From contig CP068257.2 of assembly GCA_009914755.4 (NCBI GenBank), forward strand, positions 16,448,001-16,512,000: a DNA stretch of 64,000 nt, in the 5' to 3' direction. The stretch is from the human T2T-CHM13v2.0 reference genome, Homo sapiens. Of this stretch, positions 1-12,773 are shown in pieces. The notes beneath the pieces are model-generated. The model did not search any database and was not told the DNA's origin. It saw only the letters and a list, made by a program, of their open reading frames with translations. Each line of letters begins with the position of its first letter. Position 1 is the first letter of the stretch. The position numbers were made by a program, and so were the translations under genes.

Positions 1-3000
1 GAATCTCTCCTGGCTATCTGTCAATTTCCAGATGGGCAAGCTGCCTCAAACCCTTCCCTTACTTCTGTTGATTTCCATCTCTTCTCTGGTGAATGTTAGC
101 ATTCTCTCATAGACAATCTGTTTGAAATGTGAGTATCTACTTACTATTCTGATTCTTCTCCATGGAGGAGGCACATACTACCTGCATCCAGTAAGCCACC
201 TTGATCCAAAATCTGGCTTCTTTTTGCTATTGTACAGGAGCAGCAATGGATTTGTCAAAGTGACTAGATTGCCAGTGAGTTAAATACGCATGACTGAAAA
301 TCAGCACTCCTTACCTAGCCTGTTCTCAGTAAGGTCTCGGTTCTCAGTAGAGTCTGCCAAATGGGTTAATTTATATTAGAGGAGGCTGCACCTGCTCATC
401 CCATCTCATGTGCATTCACCTCCTCCTGATGGGTACTCTCTTTTCCAACTTTCCATGGCCACCTTTGCCTGAAGATTCAGCTATAAATCCTTTTTCAAAC
501 TTGACAAGCACAGCCTTTCAAAACATAACCCTAACTTATTTTACCAATCTTGTTGCTCACATAACTCTGTATTATGTGCTTTAGCTAGTAGACAATTTGA
601 TGCTTCCTTTTCAAATCTTTTGTTTATCCTGTTCTTACAGTTAGCAGTTTCCTCTCTCTAGCTATCCTGCCTCTTCTCTCTTATCTTTCTTTTATTTTCT
701 CGTTATTTTTGAATATATAGATATTATTTATTAATTTATCTGTTTTCTTCAGCTTCATAACATTTATGTGTCATTTATAAACTTTAGAACTTTGTTAGAA
801 GTTTAATTTCTCTTCTGTTTTTATAGTGAGTAGAGAGAATTATTTTCACATTTATATTACTCTAAATCATGCTAGCCAAGGAATAATTTATCTCATTAAT
901 TTATAACAAAATCTGTTTGTCACAGCATGTGAAATATGAAAACACCATATAGAATTACACAGTATATTCTGTTTTCTAAATAAACATATGGATGCATTTT
1001 ATTTTACAACTTGAATTATATTATCTCTATTACTTATTCAAGGATATGGAATAATTTTTACTTTCTGCTTCAAGACTACAGATTGAGCTCATGAGGTGCA
1101 TATCTTTTCTTTCTGAGACACCATTAAAATGACAATAAAGAAATAAAAAGCTTTTAAACTTACAACAAAGAAGAGGATAGGAGAATTCTACAGGAAACAG
1201 GATATTTCAACACACTTATTTCAAATAGAAATGAGATAGATGAGTTTATCTTGATAAGCCAAAGCACAGGAAGCTTCCACTGTAAATATTTATGAAAAGT
1301 TTTATAGCGGAAGAGGGTTACAGACTAAGAGATTGCAAGATAAATGAATAGCAAGAGTGAAAAATGAGTCCTAAAATAGTGGCATTAATTGGTGGTTTTC
1401 TGGGGTCATGATGAAAGTACTCAACAACTGATACAATAAACAATATTAATTAGTCAGCTGGATATTCACAAGAAACATCAAACAATAACCCTATCAGTGC
1501 ATACTGACTAATTACAACTCTTGTATGCTTAGACATGTAACAGTTTACTTGAGCATAGAATGGCTAGAAGCTTAGTATTTTACCCTGGCCAAACAAACAG
1601 AAAGACAAAAACATAAAACATGGGCAAAACCCAAAACCAGTAGATATTTCTTCTTTACAGTAATGTTAGGAGCTGAATAGGGGTACCTAAAGTGGATAAT
1701 ATGTCTTTTGTCTATTTAGGAGACCCTGGTTCTGTGCCAAGGATGCCTATTTATAGTGGATCCAAGAGCCTGCTGGTCAAGAAGCCCTGCCAGGGTGCTA
1801 AAAACATTAGGCATTTGAGAAAGGCTTGAAACATAAAAGAGAAAGATGAAGATGATTGAACAGGATAACCATGTCCTAGGGGAAATAGAGATATTTCAGG
1901 TAATAGAAGATAACTTAAAAAATATTTCAGTTGAGAAGTTCAAAATAATTGAAATATATTACATCCCTAAAATAACAACAGTGTGCAAAGAAATTCAGAA
2001 AAGAATCTAAACTAAAGTGGAGGAAGTCTGCCACAGAGAGAATGAAAGAGGAATATAGAAAATATGAAAAGGAAAATAAAAAAATGTAGAGTATAACTTT
2101 AAGAGTTTCAGAAACTTGCTATTATAATTTCCAGAAAAAAAAAAAAAACTAAGGCAGGTTACAGTATATTAAAGCTATAGGGGCACAGCAAGATGGCAGA
2201 GTAGAAGCCTACATTGTATGTCTCCACTGATGGAACACCAAATTTTAACAACTATCTGCACACAGTAAAGCACCACCACAAGAACCCCAAATCAGGTGAG
2301 CAGTCACAGGACCTGGTTTTAACTTCATATCATTAAAAAAGACATTGAGGACAAAACAGGCATCTTGAATCACAGAAACCACCACTTCTCCATTTCCTGG
2401 CAGTGACCGTCTGGCCTGCAGAGAGACTCTGCTCACTTTGGGGAGGGAAAGCACAGCACCTGGGGGACTTTGCATTGATCTCAATGTTTCCCTGTCACAG
2501 CAGAGAATAAAGCCATGCTTGGCTTAGCCAGTCCCCACATACAGAGGGAACATTTGGACCAGCCCTAGCTAGAGGTAATTGCCCATCCCAGCAATTGGAA
2601 CTTCAGTTTCTCAGCAAGCCTTGGCACCATGAGCTGAAGTGCTCTGGGATCCCAGGTAAACCTGAAAAGCAGTCGAGGACACGTAGGACACAAGGACTGC
2701 AATGACTAGGCAACTCAGTGCTAGGCTGGGCTTAGAGCCAGTGAACTAAGGTGGCACGTGACCTAGGGAGACTCCAGTAGGTATGGTTAAGGAAGGGCTT
2801 GCACCGTCTTTCCCTCAACCCCAGGCAGTACAGCTTATAGCAATGAAAGTGACTCCCTTGCTTCTGCTTAAGGAGAGGAGAGCAAAGTGTATGGAGGACT
2901 TTGTCTTGTCTCTTTAGGTACCAGTGCAGCCACAGTAGGATAGGGCACTGAGCAGACTCATGAGCCCCCCTCTCCAAACCCTAGCTCCCAGACAACGTGC

Positions 3001-6000
3001 ATCTTAGATACCACCTCAACCACAGTGAGGTAGAGAAACAAGCTGGGCATTTGGGTCCTCAAATTCAGGCCTAGACTCGTGGACAACATTTCTGATCCTG
3101 TCCTGGGCAAGAAAGGAGCCCACTGCCCTGAAGAGTGAGTCCCAGGCAGCATTCACCACAAGCTGATGAAAGAGCCCTTGGGCTTTAAGCAAACATTGCC
3201 AGTAGCCTGGCAGAATGCCCCGTGGACCAGTAGTGGTGGTGATGGCCACAGGGAGAGGCTCCTCTGCCTGTGGAAAGGGGAAGGAAAAGTGGGAAGGACT
3301 TTGTATTGTGGTTTGAGTGCCAGCTTAGCTACAGTAGAATAGAGCAACTGGTAAATTGCGGATATTTTTGACTTCAATCTCTGGCTCCCAGGCAGCATCT
3401 CTGGACACATTCAGGCCCTGGGGGAAATTGCCATCCTGAAGAGAAGGGCCTTGGGCAAGGTCCAGTGCTGTGCTGGTTTCAGGTCTAAGCCAGAGCAGTT
3501 CCAATGTTGGTGGCCACGGAAATGCTTACATCATCACACCCCCAGTTCCAAGTGGCTCAGTAGATGGAGAATCTATATGTTTGTGAGAAAGTAAGGGGAA
3601 AAAAAAATCCCAAAGTCTCTGCCTGGTAATCCAGAGAATTCCTTTGAGTCTTATGCAAGACCACCAAGGTGGTACCTCTGTGAATGTGCAAAAACCACAG
3701 CATTATTAGGCTTGGGGCCTAAGTCCCCTTAAATACTTGGAAAGCCTTCCCAAGAAAGACAGGCACAAACAAGCCCCGACTGTGAAGACTACCATAAATA
3801 GCTAACTCTTCAATACCCAGACAATGAAGAATATATACAAGTATCAAAACCATCCAGGAAAACAAGACCTCACCAAATGATCTAAATAAGGCACCAGGGA
3901 CTAATTCTGGTAAAACAGAGATATCTGGCCTTTCAGACAGAGAATTCAAAATAGCTGTGTTGAGGAAACTTGAAGATAACACAGAAAATGAATTCAGGAT
4001 TCTATCAGATACAGTTAAAAAGATTGAAATAATTAAAAAGAATCAAGAAGGAATTCTAGAGTTAAAAAATGCAATTGACATTCCCAAGAAGGCATGCCTT
4101 TTAGTAGCAGAATAGATTATGCAGAAGAAAGAGAGTGAACTTGAAGACAGGCTATTTGAAAATACAAAGTCAGAGGAGACAAAGAAAAAAGAATACAAAA
4201 CAGTAAAGCTCACCTGTAAGATCTAGAAAATAGCCTCAAAAGGTCAAACCATAGAGTTCTTGGCCTTAAGGCCTCTTCTTCTTTAAAGAAGAGGTAAAGA
4301 AAGAGATGGGGTGGGAAATTTATTCAAAGGGATAATAACAGAAAACTCCCCAAACCTAGAGAAAGATATCAATATTCAAGTACGAGAAGGTTATAGAACA
4401 CCAAGCAGATTGATCCCAAAGAAGACTACATATAGGAATTTAATCAAACCCCAAAGGTCAAGTATCAAAAAGGGATCCTAAAAGCAGCAAGAGAAAAGAA
4501 ACAAATAACATACAATGGTGCTTCAATGCATCTGGTAGCAGACTTTTCAATAGAAACCTTACAGGCCAGGAGAGAGTGGCATGACATATTTAAAGTTATA
4601 AAAGAAAAAACACTCTTACCCTAGAATAATGTATTAAGTGAAATATCCTTTAAGCATGAATGAGGTGTAAAGACCTTCCCAGGCAAACAAAAGCTGAAGG
4701 ATTTTATCAACACCAGACCTGTCCTACAAGAAATCTAAAGGGAGTTCTTTAATCTGAAAGAAAAGAATGATAATGAGTAAGAAGAAATCATTTAAAGATA
4801 CAAAAGTCCTGGTAATAATAAACACACAGAAAACCACAGAATAGTATAATACTGTAGTTGTGGTATGTAAATTTCTCTTAAGTAGAAAGAATAAATTATG
4901 AACAATCAAAAAGAATAACTACAACACATTTTCAATAAGTAGACAGTACAATGAGATATAAAGATAAGCAATAACAAAATTAAAATGCAAGAAAATAAAG
5001 TTAGAGTTTTATTAGTTTTCTTTTTGCATGTTTGTTTATGCAATCAGTGTTAAGTTGTCATCAGTTTAAAATAATAGATTATATGACAGTATTTGGAAGT
5101 CTTGTAGTAACATCAAATTGCAAATCATACAATGGATACACAAAAAATAAAAAGCAAGAAATTAAAGCATACCACCAGAGAAAATCACCTTCACTAAAAG
5201 ACAGGAAGGAAGGAAAGAAGAAAGAGACGACTGGGAAACAACCTGAAAACACATAACAAATGGCAGGAGTAATTCCCTACTTATCAATAATAACATTGCA
5301 TGTAAATGGACTAAACTCTCCAATAAAAAGACATACACTTGCTGAATGGAAGATCCAATGATCTATGCTTACAGGAAACACACTTCACCTATAAAGATAC
5401 ACATAGACTGAAAATAAAGACATGGAAAAAAGATATTCTATTCCAATGGAAACAAAAAAAGCAATAGTGTTATACTTATTCAGACAAAATAGATTTCAAG
5501 ACAAAAACTGTAAGAAGAGACAAAAAAGGTCACTATATAATGATAAAAGGATCAATTCAGCAACAGAATATAACAACTTTAAATATATATGCACCAAACA
5601 CTGGAGCACCCAGATATATAAAACAAATATTATAGCTAAAGAGAGAGATATATCTCAATACAATAATAGCTAGAGACTTCAACACCTACATTCCACATTG
5701 GACAGATCTAGACAGAAAAGAACAAAGAAGCTTTGGACTTAATCTGCACTATAGAACAAATTGGCCTAAGAGATATTTACAGAACATTTTATCCAATGGC
5801 TACAGAATACACATTCTTCTCCTCAGCACGTAGATTATTCTCAAGGATAAACCATATGTTAGGTCACAAAACAAGTGTCAAAACATTCAAAAATTGAAAT
5901 AAGCATCTTCTCTAACGATAATGGAATAAAACTAGACACCAATAAAGAGGAATTTTGGAAATGATGAAAACACATGAAAATTAAACAATATGCTTCTGAA

Positions 6001-6248
6001 TAACCAGGGGGTCAATGAATAAATTAAGAAGGAAATCGAAAACTTTCTGGTAACAAATTATAATGGAAACACAACATACCAAAACCTATGGGATACAGCA
6101 AAAGCAGTACTAAGAGAAATTTATAGCTATAAATGTCTACATCAAAAAAAAAAAAAAAAAGCTTAAATAACCTAATAGCACATCTTAATAAACTGGAAAA
6201 ACAAGAGGGAACCAAACACAAAATTAGTAACAGAAAAAAATAATAACC

Positions 6249-6535
6249 AGGGGTGGTGTCTCACTCCTCTAATCCCAGCACTTTGAGAGGCTGAAGCAGG
6301 CAGAACTCCTGAGGTTAGGAGTTCAAGACCAGGCTGGCCAAAATGGTGAAACCCCATCTCTACTAAAAATAAAAAAATTAGCTGGGTGTGGTGATGCATG
6401 CCTGTAGCCCCAGCTACTCAGGAGGCTGAGGCAGGAGAATCACTTGAACCTGGGAAGCAGAGGTTGCAGTGAGTCAAGATCACACCACTGCACTCTAGCC
6501 TGGATGACAGATTGAGACTTTGTCTCAAAAAAAGA
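6249..6535 (+). mobile_element. Alu SINE (AluS-like) nested inside the L1
   Basis: Canonical dimeric Alu running ggggtggtgtctcactcctctaatcccagcactttgagaggctgaagcagg...gagactttgtctcaaaaaaag. It is flanked by the direct repeat aaaaataataa before (about 6238-6248) and after (about 6553-6563), the latter following an A-rich tail. I read this as a TSD. Confidence 0.9.
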
Positions 6536-7368
6536 AGAAGGAAAGAAAAATAATAAAAGAGCATAAATAAATAAATTTGAAATGAAGAAAACAATACAAA
6601 AGATCAATGAACCAAAAATTTGGCTTTTTGAAAGTTAAACAAAATTGACAAACCTTTAGACAGACAAACTGAGAGAAAAGGAGAGAAGATCCAAATATAT
6701 AAAATCAGAGATGAGAAAGGAGACATTACAGCTGATACCACAGAAATTCAAAGAATCATTAATGGCTACATTGAGCAACTATATGCCAGTATATTTAAAA
6801 AAACTAAAAGAAATGGGTAAATTCCCTGACAGCTATAACCTATTAAGATTGAACCATTAAGAAATCCAAAACCTGAACATACCAATAACAAGTAATGAGA
6901 TTGAACCCATATTAAAATGTCTTTCAGTAAAGTAAGCCTAGGACCCAATGGCTTCACTGTGAATCCTATCAAACATTTAAAGAAAAGCTAATACCAGTCC
7001 TACTCAAACATTCTGAAAAATAGAGAAAGAGGGAGTATTTCCAAACTCATTCTGCAAGGCCAGTATTATCCTAATACCAAAAGCAGACAAGACAGATTCA
7101 AAAAAGAAAACTGTAGGCCAATATCTCTGATGAATATTAATGCAATGATTCTCAAGAAAATACTAGCAAACTGAATCCAACAATACTTTGTAAAGATTAT
7201 TTATCATGACCCAGTGGGATTTATCCCAGGGATGCAAGGATGGTTCAACATATGCGAAACAATGAATGTAATATATCATCTCAAGAGAATGAGGAACAAA
7301 AACCATATGATCGTTTCAGTTGATACTAAAACAGAATCTGATAAAGTTTAATATCCTTTCATGATAAA

Positions 7369-8425
7369 TGTTTCGGGAAGTCAGGGACCCTGAATGGGGG
7401 GACTGGCTGAAGCTGCAGCAGAAGAACATAAATTGTGAAGATTTCATGGACATTTATTAGTTCCCCAAATTAATACTTTTATAATTTCTTACGACTGTCT
7501 TTACTGCAATCTCTGAACATAAATTGTGAAGATTTCATGGACATTGATCACTTCCCCAATCAATACTCTTGTAATTTCCTATCCCTGTCTTTAATCTCTT
7601 AATCCTGTCATCTTAAGCTAAGGATGTATGTCACCTCAGGACCCTGTGATGATTGTGTTATCTGTACAAATTGTTTGTAAAACGTGTGTTTGAACAATAT
7701 GAAATCTGGGCATTCTAAAAAAGAACAGGATAATATGATTTTCAGGGAACAAGGGAGATAACCATGAGGTCTGACTGCCTGCGGGGCCGGGCAGAACAGA
7801 GTCATATTTCTCTTCTTGCAGAAAGCGAATAGGAGAAATATTGCTGAATTATTTTCCCAGCAAGGAATAACCCTGGGAAAGGAATGTATTCCCAGGGGAG
7901 GTCTATAAATGGCCACTCTGGGAGTGTCTGTCTTATGTGGTTGAAGATAAGGGATGAAATATGCCCTGGTCTCCTGCAGTGCCCTCAGGCTTGCTAGGAT
8001 TAGGAAATTCCAGACTGGTGAATTCTAGTCAGACCGGTTGTCTGCTCTCAAACCCTGTTTCCTGTTAAGATGTTTATCAGTGACAATGCTTGCCCAGTGG
8101 GACATGAAACCTCATCAGTAATTCTAATTTTGCTCTGGCCTTGTGATCTTGCTCTGCCATTTGCCTTGTGATCTTTTATTGCCTTTTGAAGCATGTGATC
8201 TCTGTGACCCACTCTCTATTCGTTCACTCCCTCCCCTTCTAAAATCCCTAATAAAAACTCACTGGTTTTGCAGCTCCAGGTGGTCCTACCAATATGTGAT
8301 GGCACCCTCGGAGGCCCAGCTATAAAATTTCTCTGTTTGTGCTCTTTCTCTTTATTTCTCAGACCTGCCGACACTTAGCGAAAATAGAAAAGAACCCACG
8401 TTGAAATATTGGGGGCTGGTTCCCC
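7369..8425 (+). mobile_element. Solo LTR of an endogenous retrovirus, MER11/HERVK11-like from memory (family not verified), inserted into the L1 ORF2 region
   Basis: Begins tgtttcgggaagtcagggaccctgaatggggggactggctgaagctgcagcagaagaacataaattgtgaagatttcatggacatt... It contains ...ggtctataaatggccactctgggagtgtctgtcttatgtggttgaagataagggatgaaatatgccctggtctcctgcagtgccctcaggcttgctaggatt... and a poly(A) signal ccctaataaaaactcactgg. There are no gag, pol or env sequences. L1 sequence resumes immediately after 8425. A possible short TSD reads tgata(a/g) on both sides (7362-7367 and 8426-8431). Confidence 0.65.
7434..7595 (+). repeat. Tandem duplication of an 81-bp unit in two copies inside the nested LTR (U3 region)
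   Basis: Copy 1 is gaacataaattgtgaagatttcatggacatttattagttccccaaattaatacttttataatttcttacgactgtctttactgcaatctc. It is followed directly by copy 2, gaacataaattgtgaagatttcatggacattgatcacttccccaatcaatactcttgtaatttcctatccctgtctttaatctc. The copies are about 85% identical. Confidence 0.8.
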
Positions 8426-11400
8426 TGATAGATTAAAAACCCTAAAAAATTGGGTATAGAAGGAATATATCTCAACATAATCAAAGCTGTATATGACAGA
8501 CCCAAAGCTAGTATCATATTGCAAGAGGAAAAATAAAAAGCCATTTCTTTCAAATCTAGAACATGACAAGGATGCCTTCTTTCATAACTGTTATTTAAGA
8601 CAGTACTGGAAGTCTTAGCTAGAACAATCAGACAAGAGAAAGGAATACAGGGCACTCAAATTGAAAAGGAAAAAGTCAAATCATCCTTGTTTGCAGATGA
8701 TATAATCTTATATTTGGAAAAACCTAAAGAATCCACAAGAAAACTATTAAAACTGGTAAAACAAATTGAGTAAAGTTGCAGGATATAAAATCAATACACA
8801 AAAATCATTAGCATTTCTACATGCCAACAGTGAACAAACTGAAAAACAGAAATAAAAAGGTAATCCCATTTACAATAGCCACAAATAAAATTAAATACCT
8901 AGGAATTAGCCATGAAAGTGAAAGATCTTTACAAATGAAACGTATAAAACACTGATGAAAGAAATTGAAGAGATACCAAAAATGAAAAGACATTTCATGT
9001 TCATGGATTGGAAGAATCAATATTATTAAAATATCCATACTACTCAAAGCAGTCTACAGAGTCAATGCAATCTCCATCAAAATACCAATGACATTCTTCA
9101 CAGAAATAGGAAAAACCATCATAAAATTTATATGGAATCACAAAAGACCATAACAGCAAAAGATACCTTGAGCAAAAAGAACAAAACTAGTGGAATCACA
9201 TTACTTGACTTAAAATTATGCTATAGAGCTATAAAGAGTAAAACAGCATGGTACTGACATAAAAACAGACACATAGACCAAAGGACCAGAATAGAGAACC
9301 CAGATACAAATTCACACACCTGCAGTAAACTATTTTTTGACAAACATGCCAAGAAAATTAACTGGGGAAAAGACAGTCACTTCAATAAGTGGTACTTGGA
9401 AAACTGGCTATGCAAAAAATTGAAACTAGACCCCTATGTCTCACCACATACAAAAATAAAATCTAAATGGATTAAAAACATAGAAATCTAAGACCTCAGA
9501 CTATAAAAATACTACAAAAAATTGAGGACACTCTTAGGACTTTGGTCTGGGCAAAAAATTATTGAGTAATACCCCACAAGCACAGGCAACCAGAGCAAAA
9601 AGGAACAAATGGGATCATATCAAGTTAAAAAGCTTTTTTAGAGCAAATTAAACAATTAAGAAAGTGAAGAGACAACCCACAGAATGGGAGAAATATTTGC
9701 AGACTACCCATATGATAAGGAATTAATAACCAGAATATATAGGGGCCTCAATAACTCTATAGGAAAAAAAAATAATAATTCAATTAAAAATGGGCAAAAG
9801 AGTTAAATAGAAATTTTTCAAAAAAAGACATACAAATGGCAAACAGGCATGTAAAAAAGTGCTCAATTTCTTTTTAGAGAAAAGTGCTCACTTCTCATCA
9901 GAGAAATGTAAATCAAAACTACAATGAGACATCTTACTCGGCTAAAATAGCTTTTATTCAAAATTTAGGCAATAACAAATGCTGGTGAGAATGTGGAGAG
10001 AAGAGAACCCTCATATACTGTTGGTGGCAATGTAAATTATTACAACCATTATGGAAAACAGTTTGGAGGTCCCTCAAAAAACTAAAACTAGAAATAACAT
10101 ATAATCCAGCAATCCCACTGCTGGGTATATACCAAAAAGAAAGCAAATCAGTATATCAAAGAGATATTTGTATTCCCATGTTTGTTACAGCACTGCTCAC
10201 AGTAGCCAAGACTTGGAACCAACCTTATTGTCCATCAAGAGATGAATGGAAAAGGAACACGTGGTACATACACCCAATGGAGTCCTATTCAGCCATAAAA
10301 ATGAATGATATTCTGTTATTTGCAACAACATGATGGAACTGGAGGTCATTATGTTATGTAAAACAAGTCAGGCATGGAAAGACAAACATCGTATATTCTC
10401 ACATATTTGTGGGTTCTAAAAACTAAAACAATTGAACCCATGAAGATAGAGGGTACAAAGATGGTTACAGCTGCTTGGAAGGGTAGTGGGGTGGAAGGAC
10501 TGTAGGGGTTGGGGTTGGTTAGTGGATAAAAAAAGATGGTTAGAAAGAATGAATAAGAACTAGTATGTGACAGCACAACCGGGAGACTATAGTCAATAAT
10601 AATTTAATTGTACATTTTAAAATAACTAAGAGTATAATTGGATTGTTTGTAACACAAAGGATAAATGCTTGATGAGATGGATACTTAATTTTCCATGATG
10701 TGGTTATTCTGCATTGCATGCCTTTACCAAAACACCTCATGTACCCTGTAAATATGTATACCTACTGAGTACCCACAAAAATTAAAAGTAAAAAAATTTA
10801 AAAATAATAATATATATTACAATATAAATCTTGTAACTAAAAAGGAATATAGTTTATATTTTCCAAAGTCCAGCAAATACCTAATATGATTTAAAAAATA
10901 AAAAGAACTACCTCTGACTTATTCTTGTGAAGTTTCAGAAAATAAAGATAAAAAGATAGTCCTAAATCTTTCAAAAAGCCATCCAATAAAGAGATCAAAA
11001 TCAGTTGGAATCAGAACTTTACCCATAATGCTGAATGCTGGAAGCCAAGCAACAATTTTTAAATTCTAACGGAAAACAGTTTCAAGCCAAAACCTCAATA
11101 CCAATCAAATTATTCAATAAACATATGTATATTTTTATGCAACTCAGAAAACTACTTCTCCACACCATTTTTTGAAGTAGTTACTTTGGATGTGCTTAAA
11201 TAAAGTGGGTGGGTTAACTAAGAAACGACACATGTATTCCAGGACACTAATTGAGATCCAACTCTGAAGAACAATGACATGAAGCCCCCAGACAATTTCA
11301 TCGAAGCAGGATTAGAAAGCATTTTTACTTACTGGCACAGGTAGATGGAGGGGTCCAGATGTTATCCACATATAAAGGTGCATTGCACAATTGGAGTACT

Positions 11401-12407
11401 GTGCTAGACTGGATAAATCTAAGGATATGACAAAGCAAAGAAGGAAAGGAAAAATAAAGACAATTAAACAATCCACGACAAATAAAAATAAAAATAAATA
11501 AGTTACGTAAGAGAAGAAAACAATAACACCCTAAGTAGACAAGTGAAAAATATTTACATAGTTTAAATAAAGTGAAGGTTGTTTTTAAAAAAATATCTAA
11601 CATGTTGAATCAACCTACTGACAAACTGTGGAAAGATACATTGTCAATCTTAAAACTTAAAAATAGTAAAGGTCCTGATAATAGATGTTGAAGGTGGAAG
11701 GCAAACAGAAGTGAGCAGGTAGACAGGAGTGATAATGTCTTTATAAGGATAGAGCTAAGATTGACTACATGTGGTTGGTGGAGTAAATAACAGAGGAACT
11801 AAAAGTAGGAATATAACTAGACTGGGTGGTTAGCATGGGGAAGGGAAGAAAGGGGATGGTGACTGTTTGGTTTGTGAATGAGCTAAAACATTTTCTTGTG
11901 TAGTAAGAATTCCATATGCAATTCCTAATGTTCATAGATAAGTATTGGTTTAAGGATATTATTTAGAGACTCAAGGACACCTGAAGAACTACAAAAAGAA
12001 ACAGTTTGAATTTGCTGCCTTTAGAGGAACAGAGGTGGATGGGTAGAAGTAGGGTAGAAATTATTTAACATTTTAATTTTGTGCATGTATTGATTTGATA
12101 GGCACAAAAAGGTAAAGTGGAAACAACTGAAAAGAGTCATTCAGGAATGATTTTATTAAGATTTTTGCTTAAGCTTGTTGAGTGTGTGTACATTCAAATG
12201 ATCTGTGAGAGTATTTATATACTGTATGTGAAAAAATACTTTTGTGAATTCCATCTCATACAGAGATGCTGGTCTTAAGATTTTTTTCCCCCAGTTTGGT
12301 AACTTCAGGCAAGTCAATGAGTATTTCAAAATCTCTGTCTACTCAGCAGTAAATTGGGGGTATCAGATCAGAGATGGTTCTGTAAGTTTTGTGTGTGTTT
12401 GAAATAG

Positions 12408-12773
12408 TGATATGGTTTGGCTCTGTGTCCCCACCCAAATCTCATCTTGTAGCTCAATGATTCCCACGTGTTGTGGGAGGGACCCAGTGGGAGATGATTG
12501 AATAATGGGGGTGGGTCTTTCCTTTGCTGTTCTCATGATAGTGAATGGGTCTCACAAGATCTGATGGTTTTAAAAACGGGAGTTTCTCTGCACTAGCTCT
12601 CTTTTTGCCTGCTGTCTTCCGTGTAAGACGTGACTTGCTCCTCTTTGTCTTCTGCCATGATTGTGAGACCTCCCTAGCCATGTGGAACTGTAAGTCCAAT
12701 AAACGTCTTTCTTTTGTAAATTTCCTGGTCTCGAGTTTGTCTTTATCAGCAGCATGAAAATGGACCAATACAA
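12408..12773 (+). mobile_element. THE1-type MaLR (ERVL-MaLR) solo LTR
   Basis: Reads tgatatggtttggctctgtgtccccacccaaatctcatcttgtagctcaatgattcccacgtgttgtgggagggacccagtgggagatgattgaataatgggggtgggtc...gccatgattgtgagacctccctagccatgtggaactgtaagtccaataaacgtctttcttttgtaaatttcctggtctcgagtttgtctttatcagcagcatgaaaatggaccaatacaa. This is near-colinear with the THE1B consensus. The ORFs listed at 12454-12773 lie entirely within it. Confidence 0.85.

Larger units (their letters stand above)
2180..10810 (+). mobile_element. Near-full-length LINE-1, old primate subfamily (L1PB/L1MA-like). Its long 5'UTR has internal tandem subrepeats near 2800-3400, followed by degraded ORF1 and ORF2 and a 3'UTR. It is interrupted by a nested Alu (6249-6535) and a nested LTR (7369-8425).
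   Basis: Colinear with the L1 consensus. The ORF1 region around 3950-4800 reads ...atcaatattcaagtacgagaaggttatagaacacc.... ORF2 endonuclease and RT regions run from 5250 to 7368. L1 resumes at 8426 with ...aaaaaccctaaaaaattgggtatagaagg... and continues through the ORF2 C-terminus (ccactgctgggtatataccaaaaag) to a 3'UTR ending ...cccacaaaaattaaaagtaaaaaaatttaaaaataataa. Every reading frame is broken by many stops; the track shows only 60-100 aa ORFs. Confidence 0.85.

Noticed and set aside
10810-12400. AT-rich stretch after the L1 with vaguely L1-like or old-repeat character
   Set aside because: I could not align it convincingly to any consensus from memory. It may be ancient diverged repeat (L2, MIR or old L1), but there is no positive evidence.
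12454-12773. Overlapping ORFs on both strands at 12454-12773 (104, 70 and 67 aa)
   Set aside because: They fall entirely inside the THE1 MaLR solo LTR. The ORF-dense appearance is a property of the LTR sequence.
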